The notes under the pieces were generated by a model. It was not told the DNA's origin, ran no database searches, and saw nothing but the letters and a program-made list of their open reading frames with translations. A DNA stretch of 64,000 bases from NCBI GenBank assembly GCA_964527235.1, contig CAZGNC010000003.1, positions 47,809-111,808 on the forward strand. The letters run 5' to 3'. The position numbers and the translations under genes were made by a program. Positions 18,895-27,705 of the stretch are shown piece after piece (the stretch's first letter is position 1; every line of letters begins with the position of its first letter). The DNA is from an uncultured Candidatus Saccharibacteria bacterium (GTDB lineage: Bacteria > Patescibacteriota > Minisyncoccia > Phycocordibacterales > UBA9973).

Positions 18895-21800
18895 CTACAC
18901 CACTAATTGCTTAGCTATGAATCCTCTCCTGGAGGTAAACTTACCCGTCGAAAGAATTTTTGTATAAGTACCATCAGGGTTTCTTCTTTCAACTACCATA
19001 TGGTATTCACCAGGTGGAACCAAACAACAATAACGCCCATACTGATCTGTCACGGTACGTCGTATTTCTAAATTAACATTTGAATGGAATAGGCGAACTA
19101 GTGCAAATGCCAAAGGAGCCCCATCTGCCTTAAATTTCACAACACCGTACTTACTTGTTTTTGCTACACTTCTAAGACCCAAGAGGGCAAATTGCAAAGC
19201 CATGATAGTAACATTAAGTGATGACGGATTAATATAGACGTTAGCTAAGGAAAATACTAAGCCTGCGTAGAACAAGAACCCAGTAATGTGAACCCAGAAA
19301 ATCTCATGCTTCGAGAAAAAATACATACCCTTTTTGGTAACTTTATAGTATTGATTCTGGTCGAAATTTTCTTGATCCATTGGTATATCCATACTAACGA
19401 ACGCTTTGTCTGGCGTAACGGTAAATGAATTCCCGAAATAAAGATTGTCATAAATAATATCTTTACCTGTTGGTGAAATTTTCTTAGAAGGAAATGAGAA
19501 ATTTTCTTTTCTAACTTCCAAAACATATTCTCCTGGAGGTGCCACAAACCCATACCTACCATCGATATCTGTAACTGTAGAAGCAATTTCTTTACCTGAT
19601 AAATCCTTCAAAACAACGAGCACAGGATCAAGCGGTTGCTTGGTTTCGCTATCATATACTGTGCCCCAATTTCTCCTTCTCTTTCTAGTGCCAAAAATAG
19701 AGATTGTATCAAGCCAAGATCTCTTGAAACTCAAAACTGAAAATAATGCTGGATATGTGAAGGTCTCCAAAGCCACCAAACCACCTGCTGTAGCCATACC
19801 TACCACAGGTACAATAATCATAACTTCTTCTCCAGCCTCCCGTGCAACATTTAAAACCAAGCCAGAGGCCTTTCTTAAGGCTTTAGCGCCTGTACTTAAC
19901 ACACTGCGTATACTTTCTTCTAGGGATACCTGTAGGGTGATGACTTCATCCTCAGGAGTAGTAAGTGGTACCACAGGATCTTCTACAACACTAGGTGAAT
20001 TTTCAGTAGAATCTTCAGGTGAAGTGGGCGGTGTATCGACTACAGGTGGAGTAGGTTTCTTGTCTTCTTTTTTGGATTTATTTTTATCTGGGTTAGTTAA
20101 TCGTGAATTTAAAGGAGCTGGAGAATCTACCGGCATTGATAATAATTCTGTAAGTGCCCTTAGTGTTCGAGTGCTCCTGCTTCCGCTAGAACCACCCCCA
20201 GAAGGAGCTGGTGTGTAGTAAATAACAACTGCTTTGTTGGCAGCTAGATTGGTGGCTGGTGTGAAATCTGACATAGCATTGCCATACTCATCGTTTATTG
20301 TTCCAGATATCGATAGAACTTCTAAGTCTGAAGAAATATCTCCAGTTTGTGCAGTATAGTTGCATGTACCAGTTGTAGAACTAGTTACAGTAAAAGTACA
20401 GGTCCTGTCAGTTGCCCCAGTTTCTAAAGTTACAGTTACAACCCCCACAGAAGTTACCGCTTCGGAAAAAGTAACATCAATGTCTATAACTTCGCCGACA
20501 GTATAAGATCCATCTGCCTTGTCTGAAGATACATTTGTTATTGTTGGCGCTGTTGTATCTATAACAAATGCGACAGCACCTCCATTCGCAGTGGAGTACG
20601 ATGATGTCGCTCCCGAGTTGTCTTCGGTGCGAACTCTCCAGTAGTACGAACCGCCACTTAAAGTCTGCCCAGCTGTTCCTGTTGAATAAGACCCAGACCC
20701 AGCTGCTTGACCAACAGTGAAAGAGAAAGCTCCTTGAGCTGCTAATGCAGATGTGTAATCCACCACCAAGCTACCGAAGTTAGAAGAATCATCTATTTCG
20801 ATTTTGTATTTTACGGTGTCAGATCCATCGCTATCACTCAAAGAGAAAGTAAGCGTAGGTGTGGTGTCACCTGTAGTAGAACCATCTACATAACCTGCCC
20901 CACCTAGAGACGAGGGCGCGTCAGGATTACTGTTGAATCCCCAACCAGTATTATTGCCACCATTAGTAATGTTAAGTCCAGACACAGGTATAGTGGTAAC
21001 ATTTATGTTGTTCGAGTCTGTGACACTAAGATATGATATTGTGCGAGTGCCCTGTGGATCTAGCTCCCATTGATTAGTAGGCGAATTAGATACTAGAGAA
21101 AGCAGAGAGCCACTTTGACCATTTAGAGTCATCGTGCCCGTGATGGTTTGCGTACCGTTGTTTGCAAAAGTTAGAGTGTCTGCAGAAGAAACCGATTTGG
21201 TTAAATTTCGAAAAGTTGTAGAGCCAAGTATCGACTGCGAAGTTCCGTCGAGAGTTACGGTGCCCGTGCGAGGAGTGAATGTCCCAGAGTTACTCCAGTT
21301 GCCTCCAACAGTCATGTTGTAAGGAGTTGCTGTGGCGTCTAGGGTGCCTGCAGTAATTGTTAAGTTACCATTGATATCAAGTGTAGCAGGCAGAGAAAAT
21401 GTGTCGGTAGCGCCGTCAGTACTATTTATAGTTAAGTGATGATACGCATAGTTTTTAAGAGTGTATGAATCTGCACCAGCGTCACCGTCACCTGTATAGA
21501 GAACAGTAGACCCAGAAGCGAGTGAAGGATAAGTCGCGTTAGCTGTGATGGTTTCATTGCCTCTTAATTTCAATGTTCCAGAAGCGCCGACTGTAAATAC
21601 CCCAGAAGATCCATTCACTGTCACACTGTTACCATTCAAATTTAAAGTTCCCTGTGTTAAAACTAAATCCTGATTCGCGGCATCTAGGGTAAAGGTAGAA
21701 AGAAGTTGCACTTCTCCACTCGACTTATTTATCGTCATGTCACCATTAAAGACTGTTGCGGATGCGGAAGAAAAAGTTTGCGTAGAAGCAGACCCGAGAA

Positions 21801-23328
21801 ATCTGATAGGTGCATTTAATGTACTTATTGTAGTAATAACAGCATTACCGTATAAATCTATCGTACCTGTTGAAGCAATTGAGGAAATAGTTGCATTAGC
21901 AGTAAATGTGCCATTAACCACGATAGTGTCCCCAGCAGCTATGGTAAGCGTACTTGCTGTCGCATCAAAAGTAAAGTTATAAAAATCTTCGCTAGTAACA
22001 ACGTCCAAGGTGCAATCAGAACTAATAGAAGTAGTACCAGTGCCTTCGTTAAAAGTACCACCAGATTTAGTAAAGTTTCCAGATACACTAAAGTTCCCAG
22101 TCGGTGCATTAAATGTTCCGTCAGTTAAAGTAAACTTCGATGCAGAAAGTGTCGACGTAGAAACATTCACAATCTGAGAAGCATTATTAATTCTTAGCTC
22201 GGGCATACGTCCACTCGTGTGACTTATGCTCTGTGTCGCAGCTTGATCGAACAACACAACAGCAGTTCCACCACTTCCGTTGGTCACGACGACATTTCCT
22301 CTTGGGTTAATAGTACCAGTACTAACAGACATACTAGTACCATTAAATGTTAGGGTGCCATTCACAACCAAAGTATCTCCACTGGCAACGATAACATTAC
22401 TTGCGTTTGCTTCGAAAGATAGATTATAGAAATCTTCACTAGTTACAACGTCAACTGTAGAGTCGGAAGTTATTGTAACTGTGCCTGTGCCCTCATTAAA
22501 TGTGCCTCCAGATTTAGTGAAATTTCCAGACACATTAAAAACTCCCGTCGGCGCGTTGAATGTTCCAGTGGTTAAAGTAAATTTCGAGGCAGAAAGAGTG
22601 GAAGTCGAAACGTTCACCACTTGCGAAGCGTTGTTGATTCGCAATTCGGGCATTCTTCCACCGGTGTGGCTGATACTCTGAGTCGCAGCCTGATCGAAGA
22701 GAACTATCGCAGTTCCACCACTTCCGTTGGTTACGACAACGTTTCCTTTAGGGTTAATGGTGCCTGTACTTACCGACATACTCGTACCATTAAACGTTAG
22801 AGTACCATTTGCTACTATCGTGTCCCCGCTAGCTACAGTTACGTTACTAGCAGAAGCCTCGAAAGATATGTTATAGAAATCCTCACTCGTCGCCACGTCG
22901 ATGGTGCCATCTGTATAGAATCTAAGAGTTCCAGTACCCTCAGTGAAAGTACCTCCTGATTTTGTAAAATTTCTAACTGATAAAGTATTAGAACCTTGAG
23001 CAAATGTCCCAGCTGCTTGAGTATATGCTGTAGTCACAGTAAGGCTTCTATCTTGTGTAATAGTACCTGTATAACCACTATTTATATTTAAGTTTGTAAC
23101 TGACCCAGCAAATCCAGCATCAATAGTTGCATCTTTGGTGCTAAGACCTTCGAATGTCGCGATATCAGAAGATGTTGGACATATGTCAGGCCCATCCCAG
23201 TTCGCACAAGTGCTCCAGTTGTTATCTCCACCGCCACCATCCCAAGTTCTTGTGGCAGCAAAGGCTTCTATAGAATAGAAAAGTTGAGTAAAAAATATTA
23301 GAGCTAAAATAAAGAGAAATTTCTTCAT
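18895..23328 (-). CDS. giant (1477 aa) secreted repetitive surface protein (beta-strand repeats, FN3-like region, two CarbopepD_reg-like domains, C-terminal TM)
   Basis: Signal peptide MKKFLFILALIFFTQLFYSIEAFA. TRTWDGGGGDNNWSTCANW N-terminal motif resembling the start of autotransporter-associated PATR-type repeats. Three roughly 135-aa tandem repeats. Gly/Ser linker. Two ...DGRYGF/YCC..PGEY carboxypeptidase-regulatory-like domains. Hydrophobic C-terminal segment. Confidence 0.7.
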   Translation of the reverse strand: MKKFLFILALIFFTQLFYSIEAFAATRTWDGGGGDNNWSTCANWDGPDICPTSSDIATFEGLSTKDATIDAGFAGSVTNLNINSGYTGTITQDRSLTVTTAYTQAAGTFAQGSNTLSVRNFTKSGGTFTEGTGTLRFYTDGTIDVATSEDFYNISFEASASNVTVASGDTIVANGTLTFNGTSMSVSTGTINPKGNVVVTNGSGGTAIVLFDQAATQSISHTGGRMPELRINNASQVVNVSTSTLSASKFTLTTGTFNAPTGVFNVSGNFTKSGGTFNEGTGTVTITSDSTVDVVTSEDFYNLSFEANASNVIVASGDTLVVNGTLTFNGTSMSVSTGTINPRGNVVVTNGSGGTAVVLFDQAATQSISHTSGRMPELRINNASQIVNVSTSTLSASKFTLTDGTFNAPTGNFSVSGNFTKSGGTFNEGTGTTSISSDCTLDVVTSEDFYNFTFDATASTLTIAAGDTIVVNGTFTANATISSIASTGTIDLYGNAVITTISTLNAPIRFLGSASTQTFSSASATVFNGDMTINKSSGEVQLLSTFTLDAANQDLVLTQGTLNLNGNSVTVNGSSGVFTVGASGTLKLRGNETITANATYPSLASGSTVLYTGDGDAGADSYTLKNYAYHHLTINSTDGATDTFSLPATLDINGNLTITAGTLDATATPYNMTVGGNWSNSGTFTPRTGTVTLDGTSQSILGSTTFRNLTKSVSSADTLTFANNGTQTITGTMTLNGQSGSLLSLVSNSPTNQWELDPQGTRTISYLSVTDSNNINVTTIPVSGLNITNGGNNTGWGFNSNPDAPSSLGGAGYVDGSTTGDTTPTLTFSLSDSDGSDTVKYKIEIDDSSNFGSLVVDYTSALAAQGAFSFTVGQAAGSGSYSTGTAGQTLSGGSYYWRVRTEDNSGATSSYSTANGGAVAFVIDTTAPTITNVSSDKADGSYTVGEVIDIDVTFSEAVTSVGVVTVTLETGATDRTCTFTVTSSTTGTCNYTAQTGDISSDLEVLSISGTINDEYGNAMSDFTPATNLAANKAVVIYYTPAPSGGGSSGSRSTRTLRALTELLSMPVDSPAPLNSRLTNPDKNKSKKEDKKPTPPVVDTPPTSPEDSTENSPSVVEDPVVPLTTPEDEVITLQVSLEESIRSVLSTGAKALRKASGLVLNVAREAGEEVMIIVPVVGMATAGGLVALETFTYPALFSVLSFKRSWLDTISIFGTRKRRRNWGTVYDSETKQPLDPVLVVLKDLSGKEIASTVTDIDGRYGFVAPPGEYVLEVRKENFSFPSKKISPTGKDIIYDNLYFGNSFTVTPDKAFVSMDIPMDQENFDQNQYYKVTKKGMYFFSKHEIFWVHITGFLFYAGLVFSLANVYINPSSLNVTIMALQFALLGLRSVAKTSKYGVVKFKADGAPLAFALVRLFHSNVNLEIRRTVTDQYGRYCCLVPPGEYHMVVERRNPDGTYTKILSTGKFTSRRGFIAKQLVV
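21850..23000. repeat. about 405-bp tandem repeat x ~2.8 (about 80-90 percent identity) inside the giant surface-protein gene
   Basis: Repeated blocks such as gcagttccaccacttccgttggt[c/t]acgac[g/a]ac[a/g]tttcct and ttatagaaatc[t/c]tcact[a/c]gt visible at about 22250, 22700 and 22900. Confidence 0.75.
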
Positions 23329-23446
23329 TAAGCTTTTTATTACCTTGTAAGGTCACTCCCGTCATGAGACCCACCGTATAATTTCATTATTATATTATAT
23401 AAAAATATAGACAGAAATCCAAAATTGCCACTAAGAAAGCACCCTC

Positions 23447-24409
23447 TTATTTCCAAGGGAATTCCCTACCGAAATGCCCCCAGGTGCAGGTGTCAGCGTA
23501 CTTAACTTCTTTGAGTTTGAGATATTCTCTGATACCTCGTGGGCTCAAGTCATAACCCACAATTTCCTCTTCGACGCCATCGACTACAACCACTGCCATG
23601 ACTGGTAGAGACTTACCTATAGCATAAGCAAGCTTCACAAATACTTCCCTCGGCTGTAGGCCTACGGACGAAGCCTTAGCTCCACGTGATTCTAAAATTT
23701 CAACCGCAATACGGCGCGCCATGTACGCACCAGAGCGATCTACCTTGGTATAATCTTTACCCGAGAAAGAGCCTCCGCCGATAGGCACCTCAGGCCCATA
23801 ATTATCTATCACGAGCTTCCTACCTGAGAGCCCGGTGTCCGCATCGAACCCTCCCTGGTTCCATTCTCCAGCAGGATTGATTAAATAATCTCTCGCAGGA
23901 ATTATGCTCTGCACGAGTTTGAGCAATTCTTCACTCTTTGTATTTTGGAAACTAGCAACAACGGTCGTGACTTCTCCATCCTCTACTGTGACCTGAGTCT
24001 TGCCGTCATACGGATACACTTCATAAATCTTCTGACATAAATTTCTCGCAAGCACATACTCGAGCGGTAGATGCTCTGGTGTCTCGCGCGTTGCATAGCC
24101 CTTCATAATGCCTTGATCCCCGGCACCACCTGCGTCTACACCTTTCGCAATCTCAGGACTCTGTAGAGCAATATTTGAAATAACTTTATACTCAGAACCA
24201 ACTATGTCTTTAACAATTTTTTCTATATCTATTTTTGCACTTGTTGTCACCTCACCGTTGATAGTAATCAAATTGTGCCCACCCATGACTTCTATCGCTA
24301 CTCGACTATCTACGTCTTGCGCGAGGTACGCATCCAAGATACTATCCGCGATAAAATCGCAGATTTTATCTGGATGCTTAGGGCTAACAAATTCTGCTGT
24401 CTTAATCAT
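23447..24409 (-). CDS. metK: S-adenosylmethionine synthetase (short form)
   Basis: HPDKICDFIADSILDA, GAGDQGIMKGYA and GGGSFSGKD motifs. Confidence 0.85.
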   Translation of the reverse strand: MIKTAEFVSPKHPDKICDFIADSILDAYLAQDVDSRVAIEVMGGHNLITINGEVTTSAKIDIEKIVKDIVGSEYKVISNIALQSPEIAKGVDAGGAGDQGIMKGYATRETPEHLPLEYVLARNLCQKIYEVYPYDGKTQVTVEDGEVTTVVASFQNTKSEELLKLVQSIIPARDYLINPAGEWNQGGFDADTGLSGRKLVIDNYGPEVPIGGGSFSGKDYTKVDRSGAYMARRIAVEILESRGAKASSVGLQPREVFVKLAYAIGKSLPVMAVVVVDGVEEEIVGYDLSPRGIREYLKLKEVKYADTCTWGHFGREFPWK

Positions 24410-24425
24410 AAATTAGAAATTTTAT

Positions 24426-24917
24426 TTACGCCTTCGGTGGCATATCTACTCCTGCCCAGAGATTACTAGTGCCGATAGATTCATTGCCGTTTGATTTAAT
24501 ATACAAGAAAAGTTGCATCTTGTAAGCCACAAGATTTTTAAGCACGCCGAGCAACTGCATCGCAAGTGGTGCGGTGCTTCCCCATATAGTAGACTCACGT
24601 GTCATATCTTCTTCTGCAAGTTCGCCAACTTTGTCTTTCAAGAAATCTGCCTGCTCATCCATCTTCGCTGAGAAATTTTCGAATGTTACTGTTTCTACAT
24701 TCTTTGCAAGTTCTATATATAAATTTTGATCTCCTGCGATGTATGCACTGACACTAGTGTGCACCACATGACCTAAGTATTGCATGAGCTCTAGAGTTGA
24801 ACGCTGTTTAGGTGTTGGGCGATATTCCAGCATACCTGGAGTTACTTTCTCTGCTAAGTGTTTGATAATATCTATCTCCTTGAGCGCACTCTTTATGTAT
24901 TGTTCTTTGGTAATCAT
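24426..24917 (-). CDS. hypothetical protein (DinB/YfiT-like four-helix bundle?)
   Basis: ORF only; weak resemblance to the DinB_2 family. Confidence 0.3.
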   Translation of the reverse strand: MITKEQYIKSALKEIDIIKHLAEKVTPGMLEYRPTPKQRSTLELMQYLGHVVHTSVSAYIAGDQNLYIELAKNVETVTFENFSAKMDEQADFLKDKVGELAEEDMTRESTIWGSTAPLAMQLLGVLKNLVAYKMQLFLYIKSNGNESIGTSNLWAGVDMPPKA

Positions 24918-25005
24918 AGAAATGATTATACTATGTATCTAACTAAAACAGAAAACCGCCCCAAAATGCAATATTGGACAGAAAACCATAACCCCTGACC
25001 CCCTA

Positions 25006-25033
25006 TTGACATTATTTGTGAATTGTGTAGAAT
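25006..25033 (+). promoter_or_regulatory. sigma70 promoter TTGACA-16-TAGAAT for cassette 2
   Basis: TTGACA 25006-25011, TAGAAT 25028-25033. Confidence 0.5.
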
Positions 25034-25106
25034 ACCAAAACTGCTCAAGGGGCCGGACGAGCGTCCGGAAGCCCGAAAGGCACAGCTCTTTCAGGAGGAT
25101 ACCAAC

Positions 25107-25304
25107 GTGAGCCAGCGCACCGAACCGCACAACCCGGCACAGGACCCGAACGTTTCCTCGCTTATCGCTCCGACCACTCCGACGACCTCCAGCGTGACCG
25201 GCGACAACTCGAGCGGCGACAACAACGGCGGCGGGCGCGACGACGCCGAGCGCGCGGCCGACCAGAGCGATCCGGCGACGAGCCCGGACAACGTCGGCGG
25301 CTGA
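25107..25304 (+). CDS. GC-rich cassette 2: 65-aa acidic low-complexity peptide ending VGG (GTG start)
   Basis: SD AGGAGG 25093-25098, 8 nt before GTG. 5' UTR hairpin CCGGACG/CGTCCGG. Product SQRTEPHNPAQDP...PTTPTTSSVTGDNSSGDNNGGG...PDNVGG. Confidence 0.35.
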   Translation: MSQRTEPHNPAQDPNVSSLIAPTTPTTSSVTGDNSSGDNNGGGRDDAERAADQSDPATSPDNVGG

Positions 25305-25360
25305 CCTCTCCCGAGGCGCCGAAGCAACATCGGGACGGAATACAACCCGTCCCACAAGAA

Positions 25361-25398
25361 GGGGCATCGCAAACATCGCGGTGCCCCTTTCCACGTTT
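25361..25398 (+). terminator. terminator GGGGCATCGC-aaacat-GCGGTGCCCC + TTTCCACGTTT (copy 1)
   Basis: 10-bp stem (one G.U) plus T-rich tail; nearly identical to the copy at 25699-25736. Confidence 0.7.
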
Positions 25399-25428
25399 AG
25401 ACCCAATCCTATTAACACAACTCTACCA

Positions 25429-25456
25429 TTGACATTCTGTCTTGGTAGTGTAGAAT
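25429..25456 (+). promoter_or_regulatory. sigma70 promoter TTGACA-16-TAGAAT for cassette 3
   Basis: TTGACA 25429-25434, TAGAAT 25451-25456; paralogous to the cassette-2 promoter. Confidence 0.5.
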
Positions 25457-25528
25457 ATACATTGAAAGTCCTGATTCCGACATCGATGATCGGAAGTCCG
25501 GGGCACCGTACAACCAAGGAGGCTCCTG

Positions 25529-25681
25529 ATGGCCTACATCCGCAGCACCGACCCAAGGCCCGTCGTTGATAAAGACGACAACAAGAAGGCCGGCCTCGGA
25601 GACAGAGACATCGTCACAGTCGACACCGCGCCAGCACACGACCCGGCAGCTAACGTCAACCTGGCGGCTGGCGGGTACTGA
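25529..25681 (+). CDS. GC-rich cassette 3: 50-aa acidic peptide MAYIRSTDPRPVVDKDDNKKAGLGDRDIVTVDTAPAHDPAANVNLAAGGY
   Basis: SD AAGGAGG 6 nt before ATG 25529; not in the ORF track (under 60 aa); diverged duplicate of cassette 2. Confidence 0.35.
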   Translation: MAYIRSTDPRPVVDKDDNKKAGLGDRDIVTVDTAPAHDPAANVNLAAGGY

Positions 25682-25698
25682 AGTTCGCATCCCACAGG

Positions 25699-25736
25699 GG
25701 GGCACCGCAACATCGCGGTGCCCCTTTCCACGTTTT
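25699..25736 (+). terminator. terminator GGGGCACCGC-aacatc-GCGGTGCCCC + TTTCCACGTTTT (copy 2)
   Basis: Perfect 10-bp stem with T tail. Confidence 0.75.
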
Positions 25737-25754
25737 ATACCAACTTTTTAAATT

Positions 25755-26267
25755 TTATTTTACGCAGGTCTCTGGAGTATATGTATACAGTGTAGGCTCA
25801 CCGACATAATCCGGCACGAGGATGTTCTCACCATTTATTTTCTTATCTTCTAGAACCCATCTTTTTTTAACTAAATTTTTATCTGCGAAAGTATAGACTT
25901 CTAACTCTTTACCTTGAGAGCCTTCGACTGTGTACGAGTAAGTGAGTTCCATTTCATTATCTATTGTATTACCAGAAAGTTTCCCCTCGAAGCCATTGCT
26001 CATATCCGGACCTACCTGAGTCCCCTTCTTAGTACCCGTAACTTGCGTACCATTGAAATCAAGCACCACGTGCTCCTCTGAGCTGTACGGTGCAACCTCT
26101 GTTGCTTGCTGTATGCGCACGAAACAATACTGCCCTGAGGTCGGGATACTAGAAGAAAGTTCTGGCACAACTTGCACCACTTCTGCTGATTTATTTTTAG
26201 TACTAAGATATACCACAGCCCCTACTCCTAGAACCAACACGATAAAAATTATTATTTTTGTTTTCAT
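25755..26267 (-). CDS. membrane-anchored or lipoprotein-like hypothetical protein
   Basis: N-terminal MKTKIIIFIVLVLGVGAVVYLS hydrophobic segment. Confidence 0.4.
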   Translation of the reverse strand: MKTKIIIFIVLVLGVGAVVYLSTKNKSAEVVQVVPELSSSIPTSGQYCFVRIQQATEVAPYSSEEHVVLDFNGTQVTGTKKGTQVGPDMSNGFEGKLSGNTIDNEMELTYSYTVEGSQGKELEVYTFADKNLVKKRWVLEDKKINGENILVPDYVGEPTLYTYTPETCVK

Positions 26268-26663
26268 TTATTTTTCAACTTTAAAAATATTTGGATAAGC
26301 TCCTAAGAATTTATCGAGTGCAGGAATGTCGCCAACAATACGCAAGACTTCAGCGAATATCGGCTGATCATCAACTAAAGTTGCATGCTTGAGGCCCGGA
26401 TTAAAATGTAAACGCAATACATCATACAGCGCGACGCGAATATCATTGCCTGATTTTAGTTCTATCCCAGCAATATTCATCATGCCTTGCGCTTGCCTTA
26501 AACTATATGGGTCTACTTTATCCAATCCTTGAGCTTTTGTCATTGCTTGTGTAAATTCATCCTCAGTTAGGACACCGCCGAGACTTTGATACTTTTCAAA
26601 GCCATTTTCTTCTATTTTGAGACTTGGTACTTGTTCTAAATGCATCAATACATTGTACTGCAA
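26268..26663 (-). CDS. hypothetical protein
   Basis: ORF only. Confidence 0.35.
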   Translation of the reverse strand: MQYNVLMHLEQVPSLKIEENGFEKYQSLGGVLTEDEFTQAMTKAQGLDKVDPYSLRQAQGMMNIAGIELKSGNDIRVALYDVLRLHFNPGLKHATLVDDQPIFAEVLRIVGDIPALDKFLGAYPNIFKVEK

Positions 26664-26692
26664 TATGGTAAGGATAGATAGGCAAAAGAAAA

Positions 26693-26732
26693 GCCCCGCC
26701 GAGAAAAGCGCGGGAGCTTTTCTCGGCGGGGC
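26693..26732. terminator. 17-bp perfect inverted repeat GCCCCGCCGAGAAAAGC-gcggga-GCTTTTCTCGGCGGGGC (bidirectional)
   Basis: A/T runs on both sides; terminates cassette 4 on the minus strand. Confidence 0.75.
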
Positions 26733-26750
26733 GATATCGCCCTACCATTG

Positions 26751-26885
26751 TTACTCATTGAAATCCTGATCCTCATCCTTGGGGAAAAGGATCATCTTCA
26801 TGGCAGCGGGGACACCCATCTTGTACCCCCACACCGCCAGAAATACAACACCAACAAGGACCAACACCCAAGAGAGCGTACTCAC
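26751..26885 (-). CDS. GC-rich cassette 4: 44-aa single-TM peptide with acidic tail (type I toxin-like) MSTLSWVLVLVGVVFLAVWGYKMGVPAAMKMILFPKDEDQDFNE
   Basis: GTG start 26885 with SD GGAGGTG (26891-26897) 5 nt upstream. Promoter TTGACT(26940-26945)-16-TAGAAA(26918-26923) on the minus strand. Terminator immediately downstream. Confidence 0.4.
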   Translation of the reverse strand: MSTLSWVLVLVGVVFLAVWGYKMGVPAAMKMILFPKDEDQDFNE

Positions 26886-26941
26886 GAGACCACCTCCAGT
26901 TGAGTGAGACTATAATATTTCTACTACAAAAAACACCAAAG

Positions 26942-27166
26942 TCAATCCTCAATGACTATGAGTTTCGATGGGCTATGATGCCCGTTCACTATGCGCACTT
27001 TATTTCTAGGAATTTCTAAACGCTCGGCGAGGATCTCGAGCACTCGAATATTTGCCATATTCCGCTCGGCTTCTTCTCGCACAGAAATTTCAAAGTGGTC
27101 ATCACTTTTCTGCAAGAAAATTTCTTTCTTCACCCCCGCGGTGACTTTGACGTGGATGTATCTCAC
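26942..27166 (-). CDS. DUF167 (YggU/UPF0235) family protein
   Basis: [74 protein letters not shown], a 74-aa ORF read as the YggU/DUF167 fold from this general pattern; no defining motif identified. Confidence 0.55.
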   Translation of the reverse strand: MRYIHVKVTAGVKKEIFLQKSDDHFEISVREEAERNMANIRVLEILAERLEIPRNKVRIVNGHHSPSKLIVIED

Positions 27167-27651
27167 TTTAAGTAACTATCGAAATAAATAGCGTGGCAGG
27201 TGTATCCGCCAGGGTTTTTAACCAAGTAATCCTGATGATATTCTTCTGCGGGGTAAAAGGCTTTAAATGGCTCAAGCGTGGTAACGACAGGGTTATCCCA
27301 GCGCTGAGAGTCATTTACAATTTTTATAAATTCTTCGGCTTCTTTCTTCTCTTCGTCGTTACCGTAGAAAATAGCTGAACGATAAGAAGTCCCAACGTCG
27401 TTGCCTTGCTGGTTTAGGGTTGTCGGATTATGAATTTGAAAAAAGAAATCCAGCAACTTCTTGTAAGTTGTCTGCTCGGGGTCATACTCTATCTCTACCG
27501 CCTCGGCATGACCTGGATGATTTTCATATGTAGGATTGTCATTCTGCCCGCCAGTGTACCCCACTTGGGTCTTCACAACTCCAGGCTGTGAGCGTATCAG
27601 GTCCTGCAATCCCCAGAAGCACCCACCCGCAAAGTAAGCTTTCTTATGCAT
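27163..27651 (-). CDS. msrA: peptide methionine sulfoxide reductase A
   Basis: [11 protein letters not shown] active-site motif. Confidence 0.9.
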   Translation of the reverse strand: MHKKAYFAGGCFWGLQDLIRSQPGVVKTQVGYTGGQNDNPTYENHPGHAEAVEIEYDPEQTTYKKLLDFFFQIHNPTTLNQQGNDVGTSYRSAIFYGNDEEKKEAEEFIKIVNDSQRWDNPVVTTLEPFKAFYPAEEYHQDYLVKNPGGYTCHAIYFDSYLK

Positions 27652-27705
27652 TGAATTATTATAACAAGGGTTCTAGATTAGTACCATTAGCAAGGACAGT
27701 CCTTG

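Noticed and set aside
19257-22681. Several 60-190 aa ORFs on both strands inside the giant surface-protein gene (for example 19640-20218 +, 21134-21322 +, 19257-19586 -)
   Set aside because: Fully nested in the 4.4-kb ORF, which has a continuous reading frame, a signal peptide and a domain structure. These are frame shadows.
24939-25731. Multiple minus- and plus-strand ORFs of 60-205 aa (for example 24939-25556 -, 25091-25372 -, 25412-25705 -, 25566-25751 +) covering the GC-rich island
   Set aside because: High-GC DNA opens long ORFs in every frame. These lack promoter, SD and terminator context, while the shorter plus-strand ORFs 25107-25304 and 25529-25681 sit exactly between a promoter+SD and a terminator.
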